A DNA stretch of 64,000 bases from Alphaproteobacteria bacterium (lineage in GTDB: Bacteria > Pseudomonadota > Alphaproteobacteria > Rs-D84): contig JAFXUI010000001.1 in assembly GCA_017535105.1 (NCBI GenBank), positions 80,945 through 144,944 on the forward strand, read 5' to 3'. Positions within the stretch are counted from its first letter, which is position 1; every line of letters begins with the position of its first letter. Below, piece after piece: positions 37,934 to 47,854 of this stretch. The notes under the pieces are model-generated. The model did not search any database and was not told the DNA's origin. It was given only the letters and a program-made list of their open reading frames with translations. The position numbers were made by a program, and so were the translations under genes.

Positions 37934-38554
37934 ATGGCAGATAAAGAAGATATGAAAAAATTGTCAATGGAAGAAATGATTGAACAAATGGATGCGGCAA
38001 AAAAAGTCAATCCGCTTGATTTGTCGTCTGATCAAGATTTGTCGATTGCATTGATGAACCTTATTTCATTGGAAGAACATTTCTTTTTCAGTGGCGCGAA
38101 AACAGGCAAGCCTGGTTTTTACGATTTAATCAACACCGTTCGCGAAATGCGTAAAACATTGATGACGCGTATTGTTGATAAATCATCGGCCGAAGGTGGC
38201 GAAGTATGGTGTATATCAAAACACTTGTTGGCCGCATCAATGCGTTTGATGGAGGTTGGAACCAAGGCACTGGGCGCCGGCAATAAAGAAGATGCCTATG
38301 CGATGTTCGAAAAATCATACGATTTGTATTCTCTGTTTTGGGGATTGAATATGCACCTGATTGATTTGGGTGGCGTTCATGAACAAATCCCAGAGTTTTA
38401 TGAGGCGGTAATTGTTAAAAAAGATGACGATAAATCGGCCGAAACAAAAGACGAAAAAAAGCCGGCAAATACTGGTGAAAAAAGTGGTGAAAAGTCTGCG
38501 GTTAAACGTCTTGGGGCTTGGGTCAAAAACAAGGTGAATTGTTGTTTGGAATAA
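37934..38554 (+). CDS. Hypothetical protein (206 aa, acidic/Lys-rich C-terminal tail)
   Basis: ORF with AAGGAATACC RBS region; no recognisable family. Confidence 0.5.
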   Translation: MADKEDMKKLSMEEMIEQMDAAKKVNPLDLSSDQDLSIALMNLISLEEHFFFSGAKTGKPGFYDLINTVREMRKTLMTRIVDKSSAEGGEVWCISKHLLAASMRLMEVGTKALGAGNKEDAYAMFEKSYDLYSLFWGLNMHLIDLGGVHEQIPEFYEAVIVKKDDDKSAETKDEKKPANTGEKSGEKSAVKRLGAWVKNKVNCCLE

Positions 38555-38574
38555 ACAGGTACAAGAAATAAAAA

Positions 38575-38598
38575 CACCGGCGATTGCCGGTGTTTTTT
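38575..38598 (+). terminator. Bidirectional terminator (CCGGCGATTGCCGG family)
   Basis: AAAAACACCGGCGATTGCCGGTGTTTTTTGA. Confidence 0.7.
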
Positions 38599-38604
38599 GA
38601 TTAA

Positions 38605-39009
38605 TTATCTTTGCTTGTTTTTATACTTTTCCGCAAAGAACTTTTTACAAACATGTTTTATCATAAATGGGTCGGTGCAATTGCCGGCTTCTATATTTTT
38701 AAGACAATCTTCGCGTTTGCATTTGCATTCTTGTTCTGGTTTATATCTTAAATCCAGATGCAAAGAATTGTACAAATATTGTAAATCGTGTTGTTCGGTT
38801 TGTGAAATGGCGATCTTACCACTGTTGAAAAAACACGCTTCGATACTTTCGATACATGAATCTTGTGGAATGTTCTTTATTTTATACAAGTGCTTTAAGT
38901 ATCTTTTAAGTTTGCGTTCAGACAAAGTTCCACAGTGCAATGGCTTTTTGCCGTCCAACCACGTGCCCATAAAGTCGATTAATTCAATATCGTTTTGTAT
39001 TTTTTTCAT
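38605..39009 (-). CDS. Hypothetical Cys-containing protein (about 134 aa from internal ATG; ORF track 38605..39054)
   Basis: MKKIQNDIELIDFMGTWLDGKKPLHCG...CKCKREDCLKNIEAGNC...; starting at 39009 avoids overlap with upstream small gene. Confidence 0.4.
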   Translation of the reverse strand: MKKIQNDIELIDFMGTWLDGKKPLHCGTLSERKLKRYLKHLYKIKNIPQDSCIESIEACFFNSGKIAISQTEQHDLQYLYNSLHLDLRYKPEQECKCKREDCLKNIEAGNCTDPFMIKHVCKKFFAEKYKNKQR

Positions 39010-39014
39010 TTTCT

Positions 39015-39260
39015 TTAGCGTTGTTTGTTCATTTGTTGAGATTTGCGTGCGCATGCAAGTGTCGCGGCAAGTGACAATAAGCCCGTGCCATATACTGCGC
39101 CTGTGGTGGCACGACTTGGAATATTCAGGTGTGCGCGTTCTTCGGCGGTTGCGAATTCACGTGCGTCATCGCTGCCTGCGCCACCAAGTATTAAAAAGAA
39201 ACTAATAGCGCCAAAAACCAATGCGCGTTTGTCCCATTTATTCATTTTTAATTTTTCCAT
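39015..39260 (-). CDS. Small membrane protein (81 aa, two hydrophobic segments)
   Basis: MEKLKMNKWDKRALVFGAISFFLILGGAG...TTGAVYGTGLLSLAATLACA. Confidence 0.4.
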   Translation of the reverse strand: MEKLKMNKWDKRALVFGAISFFLILGGAGSDDAREFATAEERAHLNIPSRATTGAVYGTGLLSLAATLACARKSQQMNKQR

Positions 39261-39370
39261 GGTTTTATCCTTTGGTTAGATTGTACATAATATAACACAA
39301 AACACAGGTTTGTCAACCTAATATTGAAAAATCAAATTGACTTAAAATCGGGGTGTGGCAAAATCAAATT

Positions 39371-40090
39371 ATGAGAATTGATGTTGTGCTTGTTGATTTG
39401 GGGTTGTTTGAATCGCGGACGCGTGCAGCAAATGCTGTGCGGGACGGGGCGGTGTTCTATGGCGATGTGGCGGTGACTAAACCCAGTTTTGATGTCGAAA
39501 ACCCCGATTTAATCTCGGTTCGGGGGGCGGTTATGCCCTATGTTTCGCGCGGCGGGTTAAAGTTAGAGCATGCGCTGGATATTTTCCATATTGATATGGC
39601 GGGTCGCAATATGATTGATATTGGCTCGTCCACTGGGGGCTTTTGTGATGTTGCGTTGCACCGTGGGGTCGGGCATATTTTGGCGGTCGATACTGGCACC
39701 GACCAGATGCATAAATCTTTACGCGATAACCCAAAAATAGATTTACACGAACAGACCGATTTTCGCGTCTTGGACGATTCTTTGTTGCGCGATATCGACA
39801 TTGCTACGATTGATGTTTCGTTTATTTCGGTGACGAAAATCTTGGACAAATTGGCAACTTTGCCGAAATTACGCGATGTTGTATGCCTTATAAAGCCACA
39901 ATTTGAGTGCGGACCCGAAATATCGGCAAAATATCGCGGTGTAATTCGGGACGCGGCGGTTCATAAAGCCGTTGTGGAAAATGTGGTTGCGGCGTTTAGC
40001 ACACATGGCTTTACGTGCCGTGGTACGACCCTGTCACCAATTGCCGGCGGATCTGGTAATACCGAGTTTTTAGCCCATTTTGTAAAATAA
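39371..40090 (+). CDS. tlyA: TlyA-family 23S/16S rRNA (cytidine-2'-O)-methyltransferase (hemolysin A-like)
   Basis: MRIDVVLVDLGLFESRTRA (S4 domain), YVSRGGLKLEHAL, FtsJ-like MTase GSSTGGF; ORF track starts at GTG 39353. Confidence 0.85.
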   Translation: MRIDVVLVDLGLFESRTRAANAVRDGAVFYGDVAVTKPSFDVENPDLISVRGAVMPYVSRGGLKLEHALDIFHIDMAGRNMIDIGSSTGGFCDVALHRGVGHILAVDTGTDQMHKSLRDNPKIDLHEQTDFRVLDDSLLRDIDIATIDVSFISVTKILDKLATLPKLRDVVCLIKPQFECGPEISAKYRGVIRDAAVHKAVVENVVAAFSTHGFTCRGTTLSPIAGGSGNTEFLAHFVK

Positions 40091-40100
40091 CACTAACAAC

Positions 40101-40129
40101 TTGATTATTTGGAAAGTGCGGTTTATAAT
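40101..40129 (+). promoter_or_regulatory. Promoter for tRNA-Thr: TTGATT-17 nt-TATAAT
   Basis: -35 40101-40106, -10 40124-40129, tRNA 5' end 40141. Confidence 0.55.
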
Positions 40130-40140
40130 GGCCGAGCGTT

Positions 40141-40214
40141 GCCCTAATAGTCTAGTGGTAAAACACGTCCTTGGTAAGGACGAGTCGCAAGTCCGATTCT
40201 TGCTTAGGGCACCA
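40141..40214 (+). tRNA. tRNA-Thr (anticodon GGT)
   Basis: GCCCTAATAGTCTAGTGGTAAAACACGTCCTTGGTAAGGACGAGTCGCAAGTCCGATTCTTGCTTAGGGCACCA; perfect acceptor and anticodon stems; T-loop TCCGATT (C55). Confidence 0.8.
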
Positions 40215-40231
40215 CGAATGTATAATCTGGC

Positions 40232-40256
40232 TGGCGCTTTTGCCCGCCATTTTTTT
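40232..40256 (+). terminator. Terminator after tRNA-Thr
   Basis: TGGCGCTTTTGCCCGCCATTTTTTTATTT. Confidence 0.55.
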
Positions 40257-40275
40257 ATTTATTTATTGTTTTTTG

Positions 40276-40284
40276 TGGTATAAT
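40276..40284 (+). promoter_or_regulatory. Extended -10 promoter element TGgTATAAT for gene 40310
   Basis: TGgTATAAT 40276-40284, AAAAAGGAG RBS 40295-40303. Confidence 0.45.
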
Positions 40285-40309
40285 TACCGCGATAAAAAAG
40301 GAGATTTGT

Positions 40310-40870
40310 ATGCCAAAAGTAAGTGAGAAAAAAATGTTGGCAGAGATTTTGAACGCGATGTTCAGTGGTGAAAAAATTATTGTTGAAACAACTGGGGTTA
40401 AGTTTTTTAACCTTTATAAAGTGTTCGTCAAAGAACCACAAATACTTACCAAAGAGGGTTCCAAACATTACGGATTGGAACATTCTAACAATGTTTTTGC
40501 TGCTAAAAGCATCAAGGTTGGTCGTGATATAATGATTAAGCGCAATGGTAAAAACTTTATTATACGCACATCAAATGGCGAATTGATATTGCCGTATGCG
40601 CTGAATTCCGATATGGGTTATATTTGGGTCGCACTGGGCAGTATTTACCAAAATGGTCAAGATGATATGGTACGTGTTGCCAGTGTTTTAACAAGACAGT
40701 TGCGCGATATTGATTTGCGCGCACTTACGCGTAGCGTTGCTTTACATGGTGCAAATGTGAAAGAAAAACCAAATAAGTATGAAGAAGCGATTGCGCAATT
40801 AAAAGAAATGGGTATCCAGCCAAAACGATTGATGGCATATATCCAAAAGAAACAAAAAGAAAACGATTAA
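40310..40870 (+). CDS. Hypothetical protein (186 aa)
   Basis: Good promoter, RBS and terminator (40873-40905); no recognisable family. Confidence 0.55.
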   Translation: MPKVSEKKMLAEILNAMFSGEKIIVETTGVKFFNLYKVFVKEPQILTKEGSKHYGLEHSNNVFAAKSIKVGRDIMIKRNGKNFIIRTSNGELILPYALNSDMGYIWVALGSIYQNGQDDMVRVASVLTRQLRDIDLRALTRSVALHGANVKEKPNKYEEAIAQLKEMGIQPKRLMAYIQKKQKEND

Positions 40871-41120
40871 AAAAAAGACGGGTAACCCCCGGTTTTTTTA
40901 TATTACTTGCAAATCTGATTTTTTGGGTTTATTATGTGTCTACAAAATTTTTCGGGGGCGGGGCGTTGACGTGTCTGACAATCACAGAGTCCTTGAACCC
41001 ATAAAAAGTAATAAATGCGGGGTGGCACCGCGCAAAGATTTGCGCCCCTGCGAATGAATTAAAATAGGGTGCCGAAATCCAATTTTGAATTTTTGTGCCC
41101 GAAATTTAAAAGGGGTCAAA

Positions 41121-42893
41121 ATGTTATCGTTAAAATCAAAGTATCGTACACATACTTGTGGCGAACTGAATGAAAAAAACGTTGGTGAAACTGTAACTCT
41201 GTCGGGGTGGGTACATCGTAAGCGCGACCATGGGTCATTGTTGTTCGTGGACTTGCGCGATAATTATGGTGTTACCCAGATTGTTTTTGATGGTGGTAAT
41301 GAAGCGTTGGAACGTGTTCATCCGGAATCAGTGATTCAAATTACAGGTATGGTTGTCGCGCGTGACGCAGAACAAATAAATGACAAAATTCCAACGGGTC
41401 ATATTGAAATTCAGGCAACTGACTGGCGTGTTTTAACTGCGGCTGCTGCATTACCATTCCCAGTATTTGGTGATGAAGATATTGGCGAAGAATTGCGCTA
41501 TAAATATCGTTTCTTGGACTTGCGTCGTGAAAAATTACACAAAACAATTTTGACACGCAACAAGATGATGAAGTGGTTGCGTGATAAAATGTGGGATTTG
41601 GGATTTTCAGAATTCCAAACACCATTGCTTACCGCTGATTCACCAGAAGGGGCGCGTTGCTTCTTGGTTCCATCGCGTTTGCATCATGGTAAATTCTATG
41701 CGTTGCCCCAGGCACCACAGATGTTTAAACAGTTGTTACAGGTTGCGGGCTTTGATAGGTATTTCCAAATCGCACCATGTTTTCGTGATGAAGATTTGCG
41801 TGCCGACAGATTGTTGGAATTTTATCAGTTAGATATTGAAATGTCTTTTGTCGACCAGGGTGATATCCAGGCGGTTGGTGAAGCGGTTATGCCAGAATTG
41901 GTTCGTGCCTTTGCGCCAGACGCAAATATCTATCCGGAAATTCCACATATTTCATACGATGAAGCAATGTTGAAATATGGGTCGGATAAACCAGATTTGC
42001 GTAACCCGATTTTAATTTCAGATGTAAGTGAAATATTCCGCGGTTCTGATTTTGGAATCTTTGCGAACGCGGTTGAAAACGGCAGTGTTGTTCGTGCAAT
42101 TCCCGCACCAAATACCGCCGATAAGCCACGTTCATGGTTTGATAAATTGGGCGAGTACGCGACCAAGGAATTAGGCCTGGGCGGTTTGGGATATATCGTT
42201 TTCGCAGAAGAAGCCAAGGGCCCAGTTGCGAAAAAGTTAGACCCAGAACGTATCGCAAAATTACATGAAATTGCGGGCGACAGTGCATCGTTGTTCTTTA
42301 TTTGCGATGGCCAAGAAAACGCGTCCAAGGCCGCCGGCAAATTGCGTAATAAACTTGGGGCAGATTTGGGTTTGGTCAAAGAACGCGACTTTGCATTTTG
42401 TTGGGTTGATAACTTCCCATTCTTTGAACCAGATGAAGATCGTGGTGGTGCACCAAAGTTCACACACAACCCATTTTCATACCCGATTGTCGATTCAATC
42501 GAAGAATTATCAACGCGCGATCCGTTTACAATCAAGGCAGCGCAGTTCGATATGGTTTTGAACGGTTTGGAAATCTGCAGTGGTGGGCTTCGTAACTATA
42601 ACCCAGAAATTATGAAAAAGTGCTTTGATATCGCTGGCTATCCGATTGAAGCGGTTGAAAAGAACTTTTCAGCATTGTACACCGCCTTCCAATATGGCGC
42701 GCCACCGCACGGCGGATGCGCATTTGGTATTGACCGGTTGGTTTCAGAAATAACCGGATTTGGCGACAGTGTCCGTGATACTGTTGCGTTCCCGGCCAAC
42801 CAACGTGGACAAGATTTGTTGATGGGTTCACCGAATGAGGTTACCGAACAACAATTACGTGATGTTCATATCCAGGTCAGAAAAAAGAACTAA
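41121..42893 (+). CDS. aspS: Aspartate--tRNA ligase
   Basis: 590 aa from ATG 41121 (AAAAGGGG RBS); OB-fold N domain, class II motifs (FRDEDLRADR, GGAPPHGG...). Confidence 0.95.
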   Translation: MLSLKSKYRTHTCGELNEKNVGETVTLSGWVHRKRDHGSLLFVDLRDNYGVTQIVFDGGNEALERVHPESVIQITGMVVARDAEQINDKIPTGHIEIQATDWRVLTAAAALPFPVFGDEDIGEELRYKYRFLDLRREKLHKTILTRNKMMKWLRDKMWDLGFSEFQTPLLTADSPEGARCFLVPSRLHHGKFYALPQAPQMFKQLLQVAGFDRYFQIAPCFRDEDLRADRLLEFYQLDIEMSFVDQGDIQAVGEAVMPELVRAFAPDANIYPEIPHISYDEAMLKYGSDKPDLRNPILISDVSEIFRGSDFGIFANAVENGSVVRAIPAPNTADKPRSWFDKLGEYATKELGLGGLGYIVFAEEAKGPVAKKLDPERIAKLHEIAGDSASLFFICDGQENASKAAGKLRNKLGADLGLVKERDFAFCWVDNFPFFEPDEDRGGAPKFTHNPFSYPIVDSIEELSTRDPFTIKAAQFDMVLNGLEICSGGLRNYNPEIMKKCFDIAGYPIEAVEKNFSALYTAFQYGAPPHGGCAFGIDRLVSEITGFGDSVRDTVAFPANQRGQDLLMGSPNEVTEQQLRDVHIQVRKKN

Positions 42894-42899
42894 GAAAAA

Positions 42900-42922
42900 G
42901 CCGGTATTTACCGGCTTTTTTT
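42900..42922 (+). terminator. Bidirectional terminator (CCGGTATTTACCGG family)
   Basis: AAAAAGCCGGTATTTACCGGCTTTTTTTATAC. Confidence 0.7.
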
Positions 42923-42925
42923 ATA

Positions 42926-45400
42926 CTAAAATCTGTCGTGATTTTTCACAAATTGTCGCATATATGACGGGTCAAAGTTTTGCATAATTTCCGACAATGA
43001 ATAGATGCGTTCACCATTTGGTTGAATTGTTAAATCAATTGGTGCGGGCTCTGGTGCAGTGCCACGCATAACGATATAGAATTGTGCGGACATTGCGCCG
43101 TCATCTATCTTTAATGCGCCGGTTGCGTCAACGTGCGGAAGCGAAAGTTCCATCGCCTTGGTCGTGTGGAAATTGCCACGATCAAAATGTCCGACCAAAT
43201 GTAATGATTTCAATTTTGTTTTACCATCGTTCAATGCATCAGATAACGCATATTCTGCATTTAATATCGTTATGTTTTCTGCCGAGGCAAAGAAATTGTC
43301 TGTGCCAATGCCATAGATATATCCGCCGGTAAATGTTAAATCAATATCGCCGTTCAGGTTGTATTCGATATCGTGCGCAATACGGCCCGATGTTGTCATA
43401 GATATATCACCAGTGATGTAGGCGGTTTCAATATTTAATGGCATTGTATCGCGCAATAACAAACCACGTGTTTCGAATTTATTTAATTGTAATGTTATAT
43501 CATAATTTGTTCCGTCACGTATAATAGATGCAAGTATATTGCCACGTGCGTTATCGGTAATTGAAAACGTTTGTTTGTTTTTCTTTAGTGAATAAACAAA
43601 ATTATTATATTCGACATTGTCAAAAATCATTTTATCCGTAGATAAAGATATATTCATTCCAATATCAAACGGAATCATCAATGGGTGCATTGATAAAAAC
43701 GACAATTCTTCGTATTTATCCATATATGATGGTTGCAACAAGGAATCGATATTTAACACATCTGATTTTAATGTGATGTTATTACCAACGGCCGACCCCG
43801 TAAATACGTGATTTGCAACATTAATTGTTAAATCGGATATAACCTTGTTTTTATATTCGCCAGATACAGTATAAACAGAATCACGCAGGAAACTTAAATC
43901 GACGTTCGGAAACCATACCTTGTAATTATCGCCATAGATATAAAAGAATCCGTTTTGTATTGCCATTTGCCATGTTTTGTTGTGTGGACGAAATACAACC
44001 GCACCAGATTCCCACTCAACATCACCAACGGCATTTGCCATTTGTTCTGGTAAAAATGGTAGTTTTACACCCAACCAATCAAGTGTTTTATTGCGTGCGA
44101 ATTTGAATTCTGGACGCACTTTGTCGCCGTCAATGTATAGTGTTCCGGCAGCGTCAGCAAATTCAAAATCTACAACACCATGTGTACCGAATTGCATTGC
44201 GTATTTTTGTACAGTGTCCATGTCCGGCATTTTTATATTTGCGCGGGCGGTGATATCAAACTCGTCGCCTTTGACAAATAACGACCCGGATAAATTGCCA
44301 TGGGTATATTCGCTGCATTGCCAACTTTTTGGTCCGCCACTGAACAGGCAAGATGTGGTTTTATTATGTAACGGCACAACCAACATAACATTGTGTGCGC
44401 CGTCCGAATCAATATAGCCACCAGTTATTGCGATGTCATCTGCGATAATGTTTTTTATCTGTAATTTATCATCGGTTCCAACCGCAGAAATTTTTATATG
44501 ATTAAAAGTGTCTTTACCAAATTTCAAGTTGCCATAAAAATCAACGTTTACATTTGTATTGTGTAAAAGTTTTGGGGAATCGGCCAAAAAAGATAAATCA
44601 TAATCAAAATCATCGGAATATAACTGGACATCACGGTGACCATCGGGGGCCAGTTTAATATTACCAGTCACATTATTTACGACAATATTTCTGAAATTAA
44701 AACCGCGACCACCGTCCCATTGAAGATCCATTGTGATGTTTACAGGAAAATCTATTCTGGGTTTAGAAAATTCGAACCAATCATTTATGTTGTCTGTTTC
44801 AATAGCAAGTTGGCCTGCCGCCGAACCATCATCAAATAATTTACCGATTATTTCCAGATTGACGTTTTTGTTGCGAATTATAAATTCATCATTTTCAAAA
44901 GTGACATCATACTTATGTTGCGGTGTACGTACAGTGCCGTTAAAACGTCCGTTCATCAATTCACCACGTATAATGTCATAATCGTGCGACATAAATTCAA
45001 TGCGTGAATTATAAAGAGTGACCGGAACATGAAAGTCAACGGTATACAAACTGTCCACTTTGAACTTTGCGCCATATATCGAAATTGGCCCAGTCAGGCG
45101 AGCGTGGTGCGGGTGAATAATGCTGTGAAAAGACGCATCAAATGCGCCGGCATCGATTGTTCCAAACGGCAAAACAATATCATGGGCGACAACAGTTGCG
45201 CGTCCCAATAAACTGAAGTTTATATCGCCACGAATATCAATGGTAAGGCCGGTCTGGGCCTTGACCGCCGATTCCAGTTCGGTTTTAAGGTTATTTAATG
45301 TAAATGCGGTGGGAATAAATATGATGGCAAGAGCGGCGGCAACGACAATGCCGACGACCGTCCAACCGAACCTGCGCTTATATCTGGGCTTGATTGCCAT
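42926..45400 (-). CDS. AsmA-family outer-membrane biogenesis protein (AsmA/TamB-like, N-terminal TM anchor)
   Basis: About 824 aa from ATG 45400 (GGGGAAGAGAGAG RBS): MAIKPRYKRRFGWTVVGIVVAAALAIIFIP...; long beta-rich repetitive periplasmic domain; ORF-track N-extension overlaps uvrB and is spurious. Confidence 0.75.
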   Translation of the reverse strand: MAIKPRYKRRFGWTVVGIVVAAALAIIFIPTAFTLNNLKTELESAVKAQTGLTIDIRGDINFSLLGRATVVAHDIVLPFGTIDAGAFDASFHSIIHPHHARLTGPISIYGAKFKVDSLYTVDFHVPVTLYNSRIEFMSHDYDIIRGELMNGRFNGTVRTPQHKYDVTFENDEFIIRNKNVNLEIIGKLFDDGSAAGQLAIETDNINDWFEFSKPRIDFPVNITMDLQWDGGRGFNFRNIVVNNVTGNIKLAPDGHRDVQLYSDDFDYDLSFLADSPKLLHNTNVNVDFYGNLKFGKDTFNHIKISAVGTDDKLQIKNIIADDIAITGGYIDSDGAHNVMLVVPLHNKTTSCLFSGGPKSWQCSEYTHGNLSGSLFVKGDEFDITARANIKMPDMDTVQKYAMQFGTHGVVDFEFADAAGTLYIDGDKVRPEFKFARNKTLDWLGVKLPFLPEQMANAVGDVEWESGAVVFRPHNKTWQMAIQNGFFYIYGDNYKVWFPNVDLSFLRDSVYTVSGEYKNKVISDLTINVANHVFTGSAVGNNITLKSDVLNIDSLLQPSYMDKYEELSFLSMHPLMIPFDIGMNISLSTDKMIFDNVEYNNFVYSLKKNKQTFSITDNARGNILASIIRDGTNYDITLQLNKFETRGLLLRDTMPLNIETAYITGDISMTTSGRIAHDIEYNLNGDIDLTFTGGYIYGIGTDNFFASAENITILNAEYALSDALNDGKTKLKSLHLVGHFDRGNFHTTKAMELSLPHVDATGALKIDDGAMSAQFYIVMRGTAPEPAPIDLTIQPNGERIYSLSEIMQNFDPSYMRQFVKNHDRF

Positions 45401-45461
45401 ACTCTCTCTTCCCCTTGTTTTTTGATTATAATAGATTATATTGTTATTTGTGAATAAAAAA

Positions 45462-47453
45462 ATGGCGAAAAAAGTATTTAATCTTGAAAGTTCGTACGCC
45501 CCCATGGGCGACCAGCCTAACGCGATTTCTGAATTGGTGGCGGGGGTGCGTTCTGGCCGGAAATCCCAGGTTTTGCTGGGGGTGACGGGTTCGGGCAAAA
45601 CGTTTACAATGGCGAACGTGATTGCAGAATTGGGGCGGCCGGCACTTATTATGGCACCAAACAAGATTTTGGCGGCGCAACTTTATACCGAAATGAAATC
45701 GTTTTTTCCGCACAATCATGTCGAATATTTTGTGTCTTACTATGATTATTATCAGCCAGAAGCATACTTGCCGACAACCGATACATATATCGATAAAGAC
45801 GCATCAATAAATGACCAATTGGACCGTATGCGTCACAGTGCAACGCGCGCAATGTTAGAAGAACGTGATGTTATCGTTGTTTCATCGGTATCTTCTATTT
45901 ATGGTATGGGATCGCCCGAACAATATTCGTCTATGAAATTGTCATTACATACTGGTGACAAAATAGGGGTCGGTGACGTTATGCATGCGCTGGTCGATAT
46001 TCAATACAAGCGTAATGATATGGCACCAGAACGTGGTGATTTTCGTGTGCGCGGTGATACACTGGATATTTTCCCATCGCATTCGGTTGATCGTGGGTGG
46101 AAACTGTCTTTCTTTGGTGACGAAATTGATGAGATATGGGAGTTTGATACATTAACAGGCGCCAAACTTGGAAAACTTGATTATGTTGCGGTGTACCCAA
46201 ATACACACTATGCAACCCCAATGCCCAGTATTGTCAGTGCGATTGGTGAAATTAGACACGACTTGGACGAACGGTTGAAATATTTTCATGACAATATGAA
46301 ATATATTGAAGAACAACGTTTGCGCGAACGTGTGAACTTTGATATTGAAATGATGGAATCAACCGGAACATGTCGCGGAATTGAAAATTATTCGCGTTAT
46401 TTGTCGGGGCGCGCGCCTGGTGAACCGCCACCAACATTGTTTGAATATTTACCACGTGATGCGATTTTGTTTATTGATGAAAGCCATGTGACTGTTCCGC
46501 AAATTGGCGCAATGTCGCGTGGGGACAGGGCGCGCAAGGAAACGTTGTCGCAATATGGTTTTCGGTTGCCGGCATGTGTGGATAATCGACCGTTGACATT
46601 TGAAGAGTGGGATAAACTGCGTCCGCAAACAATTTTTGTTTCGGCAACACCTGCAGAATGGGAATTAAACCAGTCGGGTGGAATTGTTTCCGAACAGGTT
46701 ATTCGACCAACGGGGCTGCTTGATCCAATGTGTGATGTGCGACCAACCGAACACCAGGTTGATGATTTGCTGGATACATTAAAAACAATATCGGGGCGTG
46801 CGCTGGTCACAACGCTTACCAAAAAAATGGCGGAACAATTAACGGACTATTTAAATGAAAATGGTGTTCGTGCGCGATACCTGCACAGCGATATTGAAAC
46901 GTTGGAACGTATTGATTTGTTGCGTGATTTGCGTATGGGTAAATATGATGTGTTGGTTGGAATCAATTTATTGCGTGAAGGATTGGACGTACCCGAATGT
47001 GAATTGGTCGCAATTATGGACGCGGATAAAGAGGGGTTCTTGCGTTCAACTCGTTCACTGATTCAGACAATTGGACGTGCGGCGCGAAACGCAAATGGTC
47101 GCGTAATTTTATATGGCGATACAATAACCGATTCAATGCGCGCAGCGCTTTCTGAAACGGCGCGTCGTCGTGAAAAACAAATGGCATATAACACGGAACA
47201 CAACATTATACCACAGACGATATCCAAAGCGATATTTGATGAGGTTGGGGCAAAAGAAACCAAAACAGACAAAGCGCGCAAGTTTATATATGATAAATCT
47301 GGTGGTGTTATGGACGCGGAAAGTTTGCGTGATGAAATTAAGAAATTGACGAAACAGATGCGTAAGGCCGCCGAAGATTTAGAGTTTGAAACGGCCGCCG
47401 AATTGCGCGATACTATACACAAGTTGGAAGACGATTTGTTATTGTTGGAGTAA
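45462..47453 (+). CDS. uvrB: Excinuclease ABC subunit B
   Basis: MAKKVFNLESSYAPMGDQPNAI..., GVTGSGKTFT Walker A, helicase motifs, C-terminal UvrC-interaction coil. Confidence 0.97.
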   Translation: MAKKVFNLESSYAPMGDQPNAISELVAGVRSGRKSQVLLGVTGSGKTFTMANVIAELGRPALIMAPNKILAAQLYTEMKSFFPHNHVEYFVSYYDYYQPEAYLPTTDTYIDKDASINDQLDRMRHSATRAMLEERDVIVVSSVSSIYGMGSPEQYSSMKLSLHTGDKIGVGDVMHALVDIQYKRNDMAPERGDFRVRGDTLDIFPSHSVDRGWKLSFFGDEIDEIWEFDTLTGAKLGKLDYVAVYPNTHYATPMPSIVSAIGEIRHDLDERLKYFHDNMKYIEEQRLRERVNFDIEMMESTGTCRGIENYSRYLSGRAPGEPPPTLFEYLPRDAILFIDESHVTVPQIGAMSRGDRARKETLSQYGFRLPACVDNRPLTFEEWDKLRPQTIFVSATPAEWELNQSGGIVSEQVIRPTGLLDPMCDVRPTEHQVDDLLDTLKTISGRALVTTLTKKMAEQLTDYLNENGVRARYLHSDIETLERIDLLRDLRMGKYDVLVGINLLREGLDVPECELVAIMDADKEGFLRSTRSLIQTIGRAARNANGRVILYGDTITDSMRAALSETARRREKQMAYNTEHNIIPQTISKAIFDEVGAKETKTDKARKFIYDKSGGVMDAESLRDEIKKLTKQMRKAAEDLEFETAAELRDTIHKLEDDLLLLE

Positions 47454-47456
47454 AAA

Positions 47457-47852
47457 ATGGAATACATATTAAATAATATTGATGAAACACGTGCGTGGGC
47501 GCGCGAATTTGCGAAAACTTTACATGCACCGGTTTGTGTTGCGTTGCACGGTGATTTGGGTATGGGAAAGTCCGAGATTGCACGTACAGTAATACAAACA
47601 CTGCGTGGTGCAGATACGATTGTGCCAAGTCCGACATTTACAATTGTACAATCATATGATGGTATTTCGCATTTCGATTTATACCGCATAAATGATAGGT
47701 CAGAATTGGTTGAAATTGGTTTGCCGTATGCAATTGCAAATGACATTACACTTATTGAATGGCCCAATATTGCGTCCGATATGTTGCCCGAAAATACGAT
47801 ACATGTTTATATCACAGAACACGGTTCCGGCCGCAAAATTGTTGTAAAATAA
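47457..47852 (+). CDS. tsaE: tRNA threonylcarbamoyladenosine biosynthesis protein TsaE (YjeE)
   Basis: 131 aa; VALHGDLGMGKSEIAR P-loop, typical TsaE. Confidence 0.85.
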   Translation: MEYILNNIDETRAWAREFAKTLHAPVCVALHGDLGMGKSEIARTVIQTLRGADTIVPSPTFTIVQSYDGISHFDLYRINDRSELVEIGLPYAIANDITLIEWPNIASDMLPENTIHVYITEHGSGRKIVVK

Positions 47853-47854
47853 AA

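Noticed and set aside
38605-39054. Full-length 149-aa form of ORF 38605..39054 overlapping the 81-aa gene by 40 nt
   Set aside because: An out-of-frame overlap of 40 nt is unlikely; an internal ATG at 39009 gives a non-overlapping 134-aa product 5 nt after the upstream stop
45401-45664. N-terminal extension of the AsmA-family ORF (to 45664) and ORF 45444..45719 antisense to uvrB
   Set aside because: They overlap the well-supported uvrB start on the other strand; the AsmA gene has a good RBS and TM anchor starting at 45400
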